From: Dimorphilus gyrociliatus
Lineage: Eukaryota; Animalia; Annelida
Assembly: GCA_904063045.1 (NCBI GenBank)
Contig: CAJFCJ010000094.1
Location: forward strand, 1-32,390
Reading direction: 5' to 3'
DNA length: 32,390 nt
The notes below the pieces were generated by a model that searched no databases, was not told where the DNA came from, and saw nothing but the letters and a program-made list of their open reading frames with translations. Both the position numbers and the translations under genes were made by a program. Below are positions 1 to 10,659 of the stretch, piece by piece. The stretch's first letter is position 1. Each line of letters starts with the position of its first letter.

Positions 1-1034
1 AGCCAATTATTGCAAAAAGTTAATAGACTTGTATATCTTTCATCTCCTTTGTTTATTCCACATTTGGATAAGATTAAATTGAAAATCTCTTCATAAATTG
101 AGAATTCATTGAAGAATAATTCATCTTGTTTTTGTAAATTCCAAATATGTGCAGTTAAATATGCATAAAAAGGATTTGTACATAATTTAAGAATAGTGTC
201 ATTGTGATTGGACAAATATTTCCATACTTTTAATGATTTTTTATTGGTATTAGGTTTAATTTTAAGAAATTGTGGTAAATGATAATAATCATTCCATATA
301 CCATTTCCAAATTCATTACAACAGATAGACTCATCATTAAAGATTATATTAAAAAATATTTGAATTTGATTTTTGTTAAAACCTTTCAAATGGAATTTAT
401 GATGATAATGATAATTTGGTATTGAGTCTCTTCTATCATTCCATGATGGTCTTGACCAAACAATTAATGGACAATATAGTTTTTTGGCTTTTTTAATGAG
501 GCTATCAAGTTTACTAGTTGAATAATCAACACCATCAATTAAAATTAGAATTTTACAATCCGATTCATCTTTATACAAGATTTTCTCTAAGATTTTTAGA
601 GTAATTATTGAATTTTTGCAAAAATTCTGCTCTAATAATATTTCTTCAAGAGTAATATCATCATCATCATCAGTATCAATTTTATTTACATTCATATAGA
701 AAATAAATGTGTAATCTTTTAAAATACTGTGCATCCCTTTTTCCCAAAGGTAAAGAATTTTTAGTGCATGAAATGTTTTCCCTGACCCAGCAGCACCGGA
801 AATTAATACTCTCTTATCCTGCCTACCTTCAATTACATTCAAAAATTGTTCATTGCTAAAATATTTGCCATTTGTAGAAATCAATTGACTGGGTATCAAG
901 ATGTCGCCAAATTGAATTGTTGGGAAACAATGATTTGTAAATGGCGAATTTGAAGCTCTTTTCAATTGTTTTCTAACATATTTTCTTCTATCTTGTTGTA
1001 TTGTTTTAATATCCATTAAATCTCCAAATTTTCT
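1..1034 (-). CDS. NACHT-family (STAND) NTPase exon, probably an NLR-like protein; 3' end runs out of the window
   Basis: Manual translation gives a stop-free minus-strand frame from 1034 (first Met at 1016) to base 1. It contains RVLISGAAGSGKT (Walker A, 797-774), ILILIDGVD (Walker B), IVWSRP, LKGF and LCTNPF, the usual NACHT motif order. It is absent from the ORF track, probably because no stop falls inside the window. Confidence 0.88.
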
Positions 1035-1311
1035 TCATAGATAAAGAGGAAATCCCCAAAAGCTAAGTTCTATGAAAGCCTCTTCACCAACCTCTTTTTT
1101 TCACAAGATTTAGTTAAAAATATTATTCTCATTTACCTCGCAATTTCGTTCAAAGCAATCCAACAAAATGAATACAAATTTCACAACAAGAAATTCATTA
1201 TTTTGCAGAAAATCCTAGTATGAGTCAAGGTAAATAGTTACCTCACCATTTTATGCATATAACCTATTCGAATGTTATTCCAATTTTTATGCTGTCCATA
1301 TGAGACAGATA

Positions 1312-2476
1312 TTATCTAAACATAGATATTATGGTCATGTTTTTATTGTTTTCTTCTTGAATAAGAAAATCTGTTTCAAAATCTACATTAGCAGTTGCCT
1401 CATCAATCAATATCAAATATGACTGTTTTAATAATTCTCTTGCCAAACAAATTAATTGCTTCTCACCAATACTGAGATTTTTTCCTCCTCCAATCACAGG
1501 TGATTGTAATTTATCCTTCAATTCTCTTATCTTTTTTGATAATTGAACTTTTTGGAGACTCATCCAAATATCTTCATCTTAATTAAAAATATTTATAAAA
1601 TCAAAGAAAACGCTTACAATGCCATCTACTGTAATCAGATATAATCCAATCAAAGTAGGCTTTATAGGTTCTCCAATTGGATAGTCATCTATATTTTGCT
1701 CATCTTCATGATATAAAATTATTTGATTACTCTGTGTATTTTTATCATCTGCAATTGATATTCGGATCTTTTCAAATTATTATTTCCTACCTGTTGAAGT
1801 GAACATACTTGTAAAACTTTGGTGTATTTTATAAAATTGAATGTATCTCCAAATACAATATTATCCATAATTGATGCATAATTTATTAGCCAAGGATCTT
1901 GTGATAAATACGATTTTTTTAGTGGAATGTCAATAAATCCATTCATTGGACTTAGCTCTCCAAGTATTGTTAGAAGTAGTGTAGTTTTTCCAGAGCCAGT
2001 TTTTCCATAGATTCCAATTAGAGATGGAGATTGAAAACAAACATTACATTCTGAATTAGAATTGTCTTTTTCTTTCCAACTAAAATTAACATCTTTTGAA
2101 AGGAAAATTTTTGGATTGTTGCTGTCTTTCTCATTGGAAGATGACAACTTTATATATCTATTTGTTGCTTTGTTATTTACAAGTATATCATATGCCTGAT
2201 ATGACTGAAATATTGCAATACAATTAATTTTATAAAGCAGGTAAATCCTGAAGGAAAACCATGAAGAATTCCAATAAGAATTGATGTTGTAAATATTGCT
2301 GTGATTGATCCCAGTGATAAGGCAAAATACTGAAAAGTATACGGTATTTTTTCTAGGTCAGTGGAGAAAACTGCCAAAATTTTTCCAGCTGTTGTTTTGT
2401 GTAAACATTCATAATCAATTTTTAAAATCTTTTCAAAAATACAACATCCAGAGCAGATTTTAGACAAAGGCCACAT
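1312..2476 (-). pseudogene. ABCC/MRP-type ABC transporter remnant (TMD1 piece, NBD1 piece, NBD2 piece)
   Basis: 2476-2177 resembles TMD1 (TTAGKILAVFSTDLEKI). 2147-1719 has Walker A GKTGSGKT and YLSQDPW..ASIMDNIVFG. About 1580-1312 has DEDIWMSLQKVQL, GGKNLSIGEKQLICLAR and IDEATANVDFETDFLIQ, typical of ABCC NBD2. The pieces are in different frames and most of the protein is missing. Confidence 0.82.
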
Positions 2477-2570
2477 TTTATTAATTAAATAACATAATGG
2501 TCTGGATAAATCAATTAATCAATTTGAAAAGTGAAACTGAAAGTTGAAAAAAATTATAGATATTTTCAAA

Positions 2571-3490
2571 ATGGCGGATGAAGGGTATTTTATCAGTAAG
2601 GAGGACGTAATTTGTCCAATTTGCTTGGAAAGCTGGATGGAAAATGATCCAAGATTACTTGCCTGTTTACACACGAAGATCATAGGGGCCGACAGAAAAC
2701 GTCCCCAAATGAGATTTTTGAAAGCAACATTTCGGATTGAAAAATGGTTAGGAGGGATAAAGTAGATTTTGATTTATAGTTAGGGGGGTTCCATCTAAGG
2801 GTTAGGAGCAATCAAAAAGGTTAAGGAGAGACAAGGGCTAGGTTAGGGTTAGGGTTAAATCATGAATTTGGGGACGTTTTCTGTCGTATCCAGATCATAA
2901 GAAAGAGTCAGCGATGTATTGCGAAACGCATAGTATTCAAAATTTATGCGTCATTTGTTGGACAGAGAATCATAGCGATTGTAAAGTATATCCAATGGCC
3001 AGATTAGATAAAAAGAAAGAAATCATCGAACAACTGCAAATGGATGATGAGAAAAATGAGGAAGAAATTCTGTGTAAATTGGCTCAATATAAATTAAATA
3101 TATTTGATGAAGTTGAAAATCAATTTCAAACTATTAGAATAAAGTTTCAAGATGCAATTGAAGAGAGAAAGAAATTATGGAGTATTGTCTATAATCATAG
3201 TAAACTATTGGAAAAAATTCCAGATGATATCAGCCTTCTCAAAATCGAGGACTTCTTTCTTCATCGAAAACTTTGGAAAGTATCGATTTCCAAAAATGTA
3301 ATTTAGATAAAGATGATTGTAGATCTATTACGAACCTGCTGAATAATTGCTCTAAAATAGAAAGAGTAGCATTAGACTCCAATGAAAAAACATGGGAAAT
3401 GATCTGATAGATATTTGTCGAGGATATACACATTCAACAAATACATTGAAATCTATTCATTTCCAAAAGTGTAATTTGAAATTAGTAGAA
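2571..3490 (+). pseudogene. TRIM-like RING / B-box / coiled-coil gene continuing into RI-type LRRs; disrupted
   Basis: MADEG..CPICLESWMENDPRLLACLHT is the first half of a RING. It is followed by a MITE insertion, then CETHSIQNLCVICWTENHSDC (B-box-like) and a helical stretch. After frameshifts come SKTLESIDFQKCNLDKDDCRSITNLLNNCSKIERVALDSN and MGNDLIDICRGYTHSTNTLKSIHFQKCNL (RI-like LRRs). Removing the MITE does not restore the frame or the second half of the RING. Confidence 0.75.
2685..2891. mobile_element. 207-bp MITE (TIR type A), probably MULE/Phantom-like (Merlin not excluded)
   Basis: 26-bp TIRs GGGGCCGACAGAAAACGTCCCCAAAT and reverse-complement GGATACGACAGAAAACGTCCCCAAAT (3 mismatches). 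8-bp TSD AGATCATA at 2677-2684 and 2892-2899. Internal GGTTAGGGTTAGGGTTA. Confidence 0.9.
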
Positions 3491-3664
3491 TAGAATATAT
3501 TTCATATGAGAGAAACATTTTTAAATTAGTAAAGTTATATGTTACTTGAATACCACACATCAAAAGTTTTTGCTGTTTACTATTCATTCAAGTTAACATT
3601 CAAATATTTAAATAATTCAAATGTTATTAATGTGAACAAATGAAAAGGTCATTTACTTGGAACA

Positions 3665-4066
3665 TCATTTTGTTCCTAATATATATACACTTAATACCAT
3701 GAAAAATGCATATGGCCAGTTAAGCATACTAACACATAACAAACTAGCCGAATTTCGTAAAGCTCCTCCAATTGCACTACCCACCATATAAACAGCCAAT
3801 TTTGCAAAACTTTTCAAAAATATACTGAAAAATCGGCTCTCTGGTTGATTTTCTTTTTTCTTTTCCAGTTTTATGTCAACATTTCCGCATTCATTGTCTA
3901 GTACATCAACTTTGGTGTTGTTGTACTTCCAAAAGGATACAACATAATGGCCTCTACAAATGAAGCGGTGGCCTTCAAATTCTGAGGACAAATCAACAGT
4001 TGCATCTGACTCATTCTTGAATTTCAGATATAGGCAAATCCTTTCTTCTATTTCAAAACCTGACAA
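3665..4066 (-). CDS. Hypothetical protein or exon with a hydrophobic C-terminal region
   Basis: 133-codon open frame with TTG start, extendable about 20 codons upstream. It has a protein-like composition and two hydrophobic segments near the end, but no motif I recognise. Confidence 0.3.
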   Translation of the reverse strand: MSGFEIEERICLYLKFKNESDATVDLSSEFEGHRFICRGHYVVSFWKYNNTKVDVLDNECGNVDIKLEKKKENQPESRFFSIFLKSFAKLAVYMVGSAIGGALRNSASLLCVSMLNWPYAFFMVLSVYILGTK

Positions 4067-4603
4067 ATCATCAACAGTTATTTTTTGATTATTGGCAATC
4101 TCTCGAACATCTAACTGATTGCAAAGTATTCAAAAAGTTTTGTTCTATTTGAATATAAATTTTACAGCAGCAAGTGAAATACATACATTATTAGGAATAA
4201 AGAGAATTGAATCTCATAGGCTTAGTGCTCTGTCGGGAGAATGTGTAAAAATGTGTTAATTTTATATGTATAATTAATCATATTTTCAAAAAAAGTTGAC
4301 TTTGATAGTTAAACTTAAGGGACAAAAAAGGTTCAAAAAGAGACAGAAAAAGTCCACAAAAAAACAAAATATTTACTAAATGACAAAAATTTTTTAGATA
4401 TCTCTTCAGAGTAACAAAAAGATTTTTTAATTCATACTTTTGACAAAATATAAAAAAAATGTATGATCCAAGCAAAAACAGGTATTGTTGGAAATCTTCT
4501 GCTGTGAATATAAAAAAGATCAACTTCCTTTTTTGCCTAATGTGTTGTATTTATATTTTTTTTTACTGTTTTACAAACTTGAAAATGAAACACAATCATT
4601 CAG

Positions 4604-4655
4604 TTCGGCCCACTTTGGACATTTCGGACCATTTTAGAACATTTTGGCCCATTCT
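4604..4655. repeat. Degenerate ~10-11-bp tandem array resembling transposon subterminal repeats
   Basis: Units TTCGGCCC / ACTTTGGAC / ATTTCGGACC / ATTTTAGAAC / ATTTTGGCCC, locally GC-rich against the background. Confidence 0.45.
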
Positions 4656-5259
4656 AAGGAAAGCATACCAAAGGCATTGTGTCTCACTTGAAGATATATT
4701 AAATGAAATATTGACACTTTTATGTTTAATTTCTACCAAAATTACATTTCTTTAGACTATTTGTGAAGGAACTTGAAAGGTTCTATTTATGTGAGTACTT
4801 TGGTGCATTGATACATGATTGGTAAAGGTGAATACTGTTCTGAAGAAGATATGGTAAAGAGAGTTGATATAAATGATGAAACTTCATTTGAGATAGATAA
4901 GCAGCCTAACATCATGGAAAAAGTAAGAGATCATTTCAAAGTTGTAGGTAGAAGTACAAAAAGTAAAGACTTACTTCTACAGCTCCTTGTCCTTCTTACA
5001 AAAAGGATCAAAGTCCATTGTAAGAAATGAAAATAATCTTCATAAGTTGCATAAAAATTTGGAAAATGTTCTTCAATCAAAAATGGACTTGAAAGAAATA
5101 ATCATTAATACTCTATACTGGTTTTGTGTGTTATATAACTTCTTTGAAGAATTTATATATTTATGCATTCCTATCCAATCAGCAGATATATTACACATCA
5201 GCTTTTCTTCTTTGTTCTCTCTCCTCCTTTTCCCCGCAAAATTCAGTTATGATGCTAAT

Positions 5260-5950
5260 AGGTGAATTGATGAATGAGTATAATACCATCTTTTCATGAG
5301 ATATAAATTTCATTTGATTTCTACATTTAAAAAATCCTTGTAGTTGAAAATTTCCTATTTAAAGCAAATATCAATAAAGATAAGATAAAAAAGAAGCAAA
5401 TTCTCCCAAACCACAATTGTATTCATCATCTCCTAGTGGACATTGGTTGACTCCATCACACATTTGCTCAATTGATATACAATATCTTTCTCTACTACAT
5501 AAATAGAAACCGTGTTTACAAGATGTTTCTGCGCAAAATTCCCATCGAATATAAGAACAACTGTCCAACTCTGGGGCAACTCCTCCTTCTTCATCTTCGC
5601 CACCCTGACAATCCATCTTACCATCTCCTTCATAGAATTTTGGTAGGCATATACCATGACATTCAATTTTATTTCTCTTATCTCTGCACTCTACGACATC
5701 TTCATAAGAATTTGAATTACTTTGAGAGAAAAAGCAGTTCTCATCACTGTAATCATAGCAATGTCGTTCATTGCCACAAATATAGTGATTCTATTCATTT
5801 GAACATGCCCTATACCAAATATACACTAGCGCCATCTATATATATATATATATATAAACTGGTATATCTAAAGTTTTTCTGAACCACCTGATGTTGTAGA
5901 GATCAGATTTCTATTGGAATTCTTTCTTTGCCATGCAACTTTTTAAAATT
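5260..5950 (-). pseudogene. LDL-receptor class A repeat-containing gene, degenerate
   Basis: Manual translation gives ICGNERHCYDYSDENC, CHGICLPKFYEGDGKMDCQGGEDE and CKHGFYLCSRERYCISIEQMCDGVNQCPLGDDEYNC, then a phase-1 intron and GFFKCRNQMKFISHEK. There is an in-frame TAG in CSNE*NHY and the flanking repeats are truncated. Confidence 0.8.
5837..5856. repeat. (TA)10 microsatellite
   Basis: Read directly. Confidence 0.95.
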
Positions 5951-7299
5951 AAATTCATTGGCAACTTATTAAAATATTTAGATTCTGTTTTATTTTTTAC
6001 CACCAAATCCAAATTTGGAAATATCATCAGCATTGAATTATGAATTTAATGAAACAACACTTTGAAAAAGTTCAAAAGTTTTAATTTTACGTAAAGTTGG
6101 ATAATCAGCAAATGTCAAATTTCTCACACTGCAAAACTTTTCAACTTTATATGTGTCTAATTTGTTGTTAATTTTGAAAATATGGTAGTGAAATTGGTGT
6201 GAAATCTTTAGATACAAGTTTGCATTTTTTTATTGAAATGTATATGTTAACTTTACTGTAAAAAATGCGGCTTTTGCGCATACTTCCGCCTCTTTTGAAT
6301 AGATAGTATCAACTCTGTAAACTTGATTGTTGTATTTTGAATTTAAAATATAATTATTTTGAAAACTAGTAGCAAATAAATCTTTAACAAATAGAAAAGA
6401 AGAAACCAAAAAAAAATACATCAAAATAATTTTAAAAATCTACTAACAACTGGAATTTCGCTCAAGGCACGACAGTAAAATTATCTTTTCACTCAACTTT
6501 TTCTTGATTTTGCTAAATGGAAAGAAATTTTTTTTTGTAATACGACCATTTTGGTATTGAATTATCATTATTTCTCATTTACTGATAGCAGCATTCTCCC
6601 TTATGATTCCAGTCCAAATGAGCTGTTTTAATTGGTTTATCAACTTTCCAAAAACTGGTAATACTGTGAATATCATCATCATATCCAAACATTTGGCAGA
6701 AATAGACACTGAATTCTTGATTTATTGCATTGCCAAATATAATATGGTTCTCCATTTACAAGAAGTATTATAAAACCTTTAATAAAAATGCCATCTCTTG
6801 TTAAATTACTGAATATGATTTTCCTTTCTAAAGGACAAAGTAGATATTTCAAAATTATGCAATTTCCCTTTCTGTTTTTGTGTGTTAGTTTATCTATCTT
6901 TTTTTCACATTTGGTATCAATTAATTTAGGTTTTTTCCTCTACAGCTGCAAATTTAATATCACAATTTTTAAATACATTCTCTTCAATTTTACAACCAAC
7001 AATACGGGGAATCTGTTTTAAGGAATACCTTTTGAAAAGGTTAATTATTTGAATTGGACATACATTTGATTTACCGATATTTCTCGACATGCATGATATT
7101 AGTACTTGGTTTGTATGGTTTAATCTACACATTAATTTGCAAGCAACCAGATTTTGTATTCCACAATCAAATAAAGCTGGAGATTTACCATAGGATTTCA
7201 TATATCAAAACTTGAAAATTCCCTATTAACTAAATAGTTAGCTTTTACTTGGAAAACTACAATTGCACTTCTATCAATTGTTATTTCACTGAATATTAC

Positions 7300-7818
7300 A
7301 AAATTTGCCTCTTATGACATTTTAGCCATTATTGTTCATATGGTTCTCTTAAAAACTGACCATTTATCTAGCCATATATTTAACATGATCATGCAGTTTG
7401 TCATTTTCACCTAAATGTCTTTTAATCTTTTTGAAATGATGTTTTGTAATAATACCAGAAAGAAATGGAAGAGCTAACATTACCATAGCCATGATTAATT
7501 AATTTTCCTAAGTATTCAACTTTGCAACATATCTTTATAAATCTTTACAAGGAAATGTAAATTTATATAATTTACTCATAATCTAACAGCATAAGAAACA
7601 TTATGTAAATTGATGATAGGTTAAATATGATAAACTTATTGCAACAATTACCATAATACTGCAATAGACATTTTGCCAAAAATGTTTCCATGGTGGAGAT
7701 TTGTCTGGAATGATTGGATGAGTTTTGCTCTTGGAGTTCTCTAGGCATTGCTTGTCCAATGGTAAATAAGTAAAAGATTATTTTTTGATTGAGTAACAAA
7801 GCAAATGATCATTTTGTT
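7300..7818 (-). mobile_element. Highly degenerate MULE transposase relic
   Basis: NKMIICFVTQ..LL..W, ..HHG, MLLDYE and MLALPFLSGIITKHHFKKIKRHLGENDKLHDHVKIWLDKW align by eye to the 14527-15494 transposase (NEKIIIFATN, IHG, LLNYE, MALPYLP..QFYKIKSKLAERNKLRDF..YVEDNW). Many stops and frameshifts. Confidence 0.6.
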
Positions 7819-8990
7819 AACAAGCATACTGGCTTCTCTATACTTTTTCAACATTAACAAACTAAAGAAAAACATTGCAATGGAGGTCAATACCCAACTT
7901 TCAAAACAGATAAATTAACTACTAACTTTAAATGTACCAAAGTAGTTGTACATATTTGGCATCAAACCAAAATTTATATCTTAATAAATCCAATACTCCT
8001 TATTCCATTCCAGTATTTGCCATAACACTCCATATTTCATTACAGTTTAATTGCAAGTTCTCTTCATATTTTCTTCTTTCCTTTATGAAGACAGGAAACC
8101 GAATAAAGAATTCATCTAGAATTCCAATTTTAATATAATATGACAGTTATGGAGATTTATTTCAAACCAACCCTTTCCTAAAATGTTTTCATGCTTAGAA
8201 ACAACCACTCTCATGACATTAGATTGTCCTGGAATATTTCAAAGTGTCTCTTACACATTAAAATAGTTGGTGTCTGATCTAAAGACAATCCTTTTTGTGC
8301 TCAAGTCTGCAGTTGATTTGTTGAGAACAATTTTAATTTCTTAGAAATACATAATGAGATCGAGAAAAAGACTAAGAAGAGTATTGTTGGTGATTTCTAT
8401 GCATAAAACATTGATCCAATTTGGATATATTTGTCTAGTTCTAATTCTATTGATTTATTACAAAACACTAATGTTTAAACACAAGTTTAGCTTATTAAGT
8501 CAACAAAATTTTCTTTGTGTATTTTAATAGGAGAAGCAGCTCTACTTTTTCAATTTTGGCCTATTTTACTTTTCATACAGATAGTAAGGTTTAAGCCTAT
8601 TAATCTAGTTTAGAAAAACTTGTTGATTTTCAGTGTCCAAGTAGATGGTATATTGATTGTTATCAAGAGAAATTTCTCTATCTGATCTGACTGAAAAGAA
8701 AGGAGTACTTTACTGAATATATTAATAAATTCTGTAGATTTTTGTTTTCTCTTATAAGGAACCAGTCTAAACTTTTATATTATTTTTTTTTCAATACGAA
8801 ATCCTCTGCTATAATAATTGTAGCTTACCTAAATCCATAAACAGGATATTTAAAGGTTGATCAACTCTCTCTACTTTTACCATATTTAATAAAGATAGGT
8901 GGACATTGAGAAATTAGACACAACTATAAATTATTTTTCAGTGTTTAATCTGTTTGTTTAAGGCAGTTTTCTTTGTTAAAACTATCAAAA

Positions 8991-10275
8991 ATGTGTGATG
9001 ATAATGCTGCAGCTGTGGTTGTTGACAATGGCTCTGGTTTTATTAAAGCTGGCTTTTCTGGTGATAAAGAACCCATGACAATTTTCCCCACCATTGTTGG
9101 TAAATCAAAAAGTGTAATGAAGGATCAAAAGCATTATTATTATGGAGATGAAGCCCAATCAATGAGAAAAAAACTAGGTATTAGATATCCAATAGAAAAG
9201 GGTATTGTAAGAAACTGGGATGATATGGAACAAATATGGCAGCATACTTTCTACAATGAGCTACATGTGTTACCGGAAGAACAACCCATTTTGATGACAG
9301 AAGCCCCAACGAATCCTCGGCCTATTCGTGAAAAAATGACACAAGTAAGATTATAAATTACAAAGCAAATATTTAGTGAAAACTTTAAAAAGGTTGACAG
9401 AATTTTTCATACCAGTTTACAATAATTTTATCTTTTTTGTAGATAATGTTTGAAACATTCAATGTTCCATATTTCTATGTAAGCGTCCCAGCTGTACTTG
9501 CTTTGTATGCTGAAGGAAGAACAACTGGTGTTGTTTTGAGCTCAGGTGATAGTCTTACTCATGCTGTTCCAGTCTATGATGGTCATATTGTCCCTAATGC
9601 CACTATCCATCTTGATATAGCTGGGAAAGATTTAACTGACTACCTGATAAAAATTCTTGGTGATAAAGGTTACAACCTAACTAGTTCGGATGATAGAGTA
9701 ATAGCAACAGATATAAAGGAAAAATTGAACTATGTGGCATTAAATTTTGAAGAAGAAATACTTTGCGATTCATCAATTGAAAAAAGATACGAATTACCTG
9801 ATGGACAAGAAATGACAATTGGAAATGAAAGATTTCGTTGTCCAGAAGTTCTTTTCCATCCTTCAATTCTAGGACTAGAATCTGATGGTATTCACAGAAC
9901 AATTTATAATTCTATAACAAAATGTGATGATAATATCAGGTGAATTTTTTTTTATTCTGCTATGAAATAATGTTGATAGACAACTTGAATTTTGCTTACA
10001 GAGACACACTGTTTAATAATATAATACTGAGTGGAGGTTGTACCATGTGTGAAGGTATTGGTCAGAGAGTACACAAAGAATTAGCATTGATACTTCCTCC
10101 AAGAAAAAGATGTAATGTTATTGCTTCAGCTAAAAGGAAATATTCTCCATGGATTGGAGGTTCGAGTTTAGCATCTTTATCTACTTTTCGAGAAATGAGC
10201 ATTAGCAGGAAAGAATATGATGAATCTGGGTCATCTATTATACATAGGAAATGCCTCCTAACAAAAGTAATGTAG
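8991..10275 (+). CDS. Divergent actin / actin-related protein, 3 exons (8991-9344, 9443-9939, 10002-10275), about 374 aa
   Basis: The spliced frame is intact with GT-AG introns of 98 and 62 nt. Motifs: VVDNGSG, GDEAQ, YPIE.G, WDDME.IW.HTFYNEL, TEAP.NP, EKMTQ|[54 protein letters not shown]. Confidence 0.95.
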
Positions 10276-10452
10276 CTTGTGAACCTTTTGTCTTAATAAA
10301 AACAAATTATAGTTTATAATGTAAAATGTGTTACCTTTAACTTGTAGACATTAGCCCAAGTTCAAAAGTATTAACTTGTTTTTTAACAAACATGTTCAAA
10401 TTGCACTCATATTAACTCATCACTTGTTTACATAAGATAATTTAAAATTTTG

Positions 10453-10630
10453 AGATGCTGTTGAAAACGCCCATTTTGGTGTATTTTTGAGGTGAAATCT
10501 TGGGTTGGGATTGGGTTATGAAAATTATTTAAGCCATTGGTTTGTAATTAGGTGGGTCCAAACTAAGGGTTAGGAACAATGAAGTGCTGGAAACAGGGTC
10601 CAGGACTGGGTTAGGGTTAGGGTAAAACTG
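10453..10630. mobile_element. Truncated MITE (TIR type B), right TIR missing
   Basis: Begins AGATGCTGTTGAAAACGCCCATTTT. Shares TTTGTAATTAGGTGGGTCCAAACTAAGGGTTAGGAACAATGAAGT exactly with the 21890-22097 element and ends GGGTTAGGGTTAGGGTAAAAC. Confidence 0.85.
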
Positions 10631-10659
10631 TCAATGGTAAAACTGGAAATCAAGACTAT

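Noticed and set aside
1034-1312. ABCC-NACHT fusion gene
   Set aside because: Same strand and close, but the ABCC part is broken and I could not support an in-frame splice path.
2544-2765. 73-aa ORF as a complete gene
   Set aside because: It is half a RING domain read through into the MITE.
2841-2857. TTAGGG runs as a true telomere or chromosome fusion site
   Set aside because: Only 2-3 units, always at the same position inside a MITE.
4820-4920. Minus-strand MLGCLSISNEVSSFISTLFTISSEQY as GPCR TM3 of a GRL101-like receptor continuing the LDLa gene
   Set aside because: No LRRs or other TM helices are in register, and the overlapping plus strand has homology to 22795-22915. It is too weak to call.
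6230-7201. Short ORFs 6230-6424, 6788-7021 and 6926-7201 as genes
   Set aside because: No recognisable motif or consistent splice structure; they may be further decayed exons or transposon sequence.
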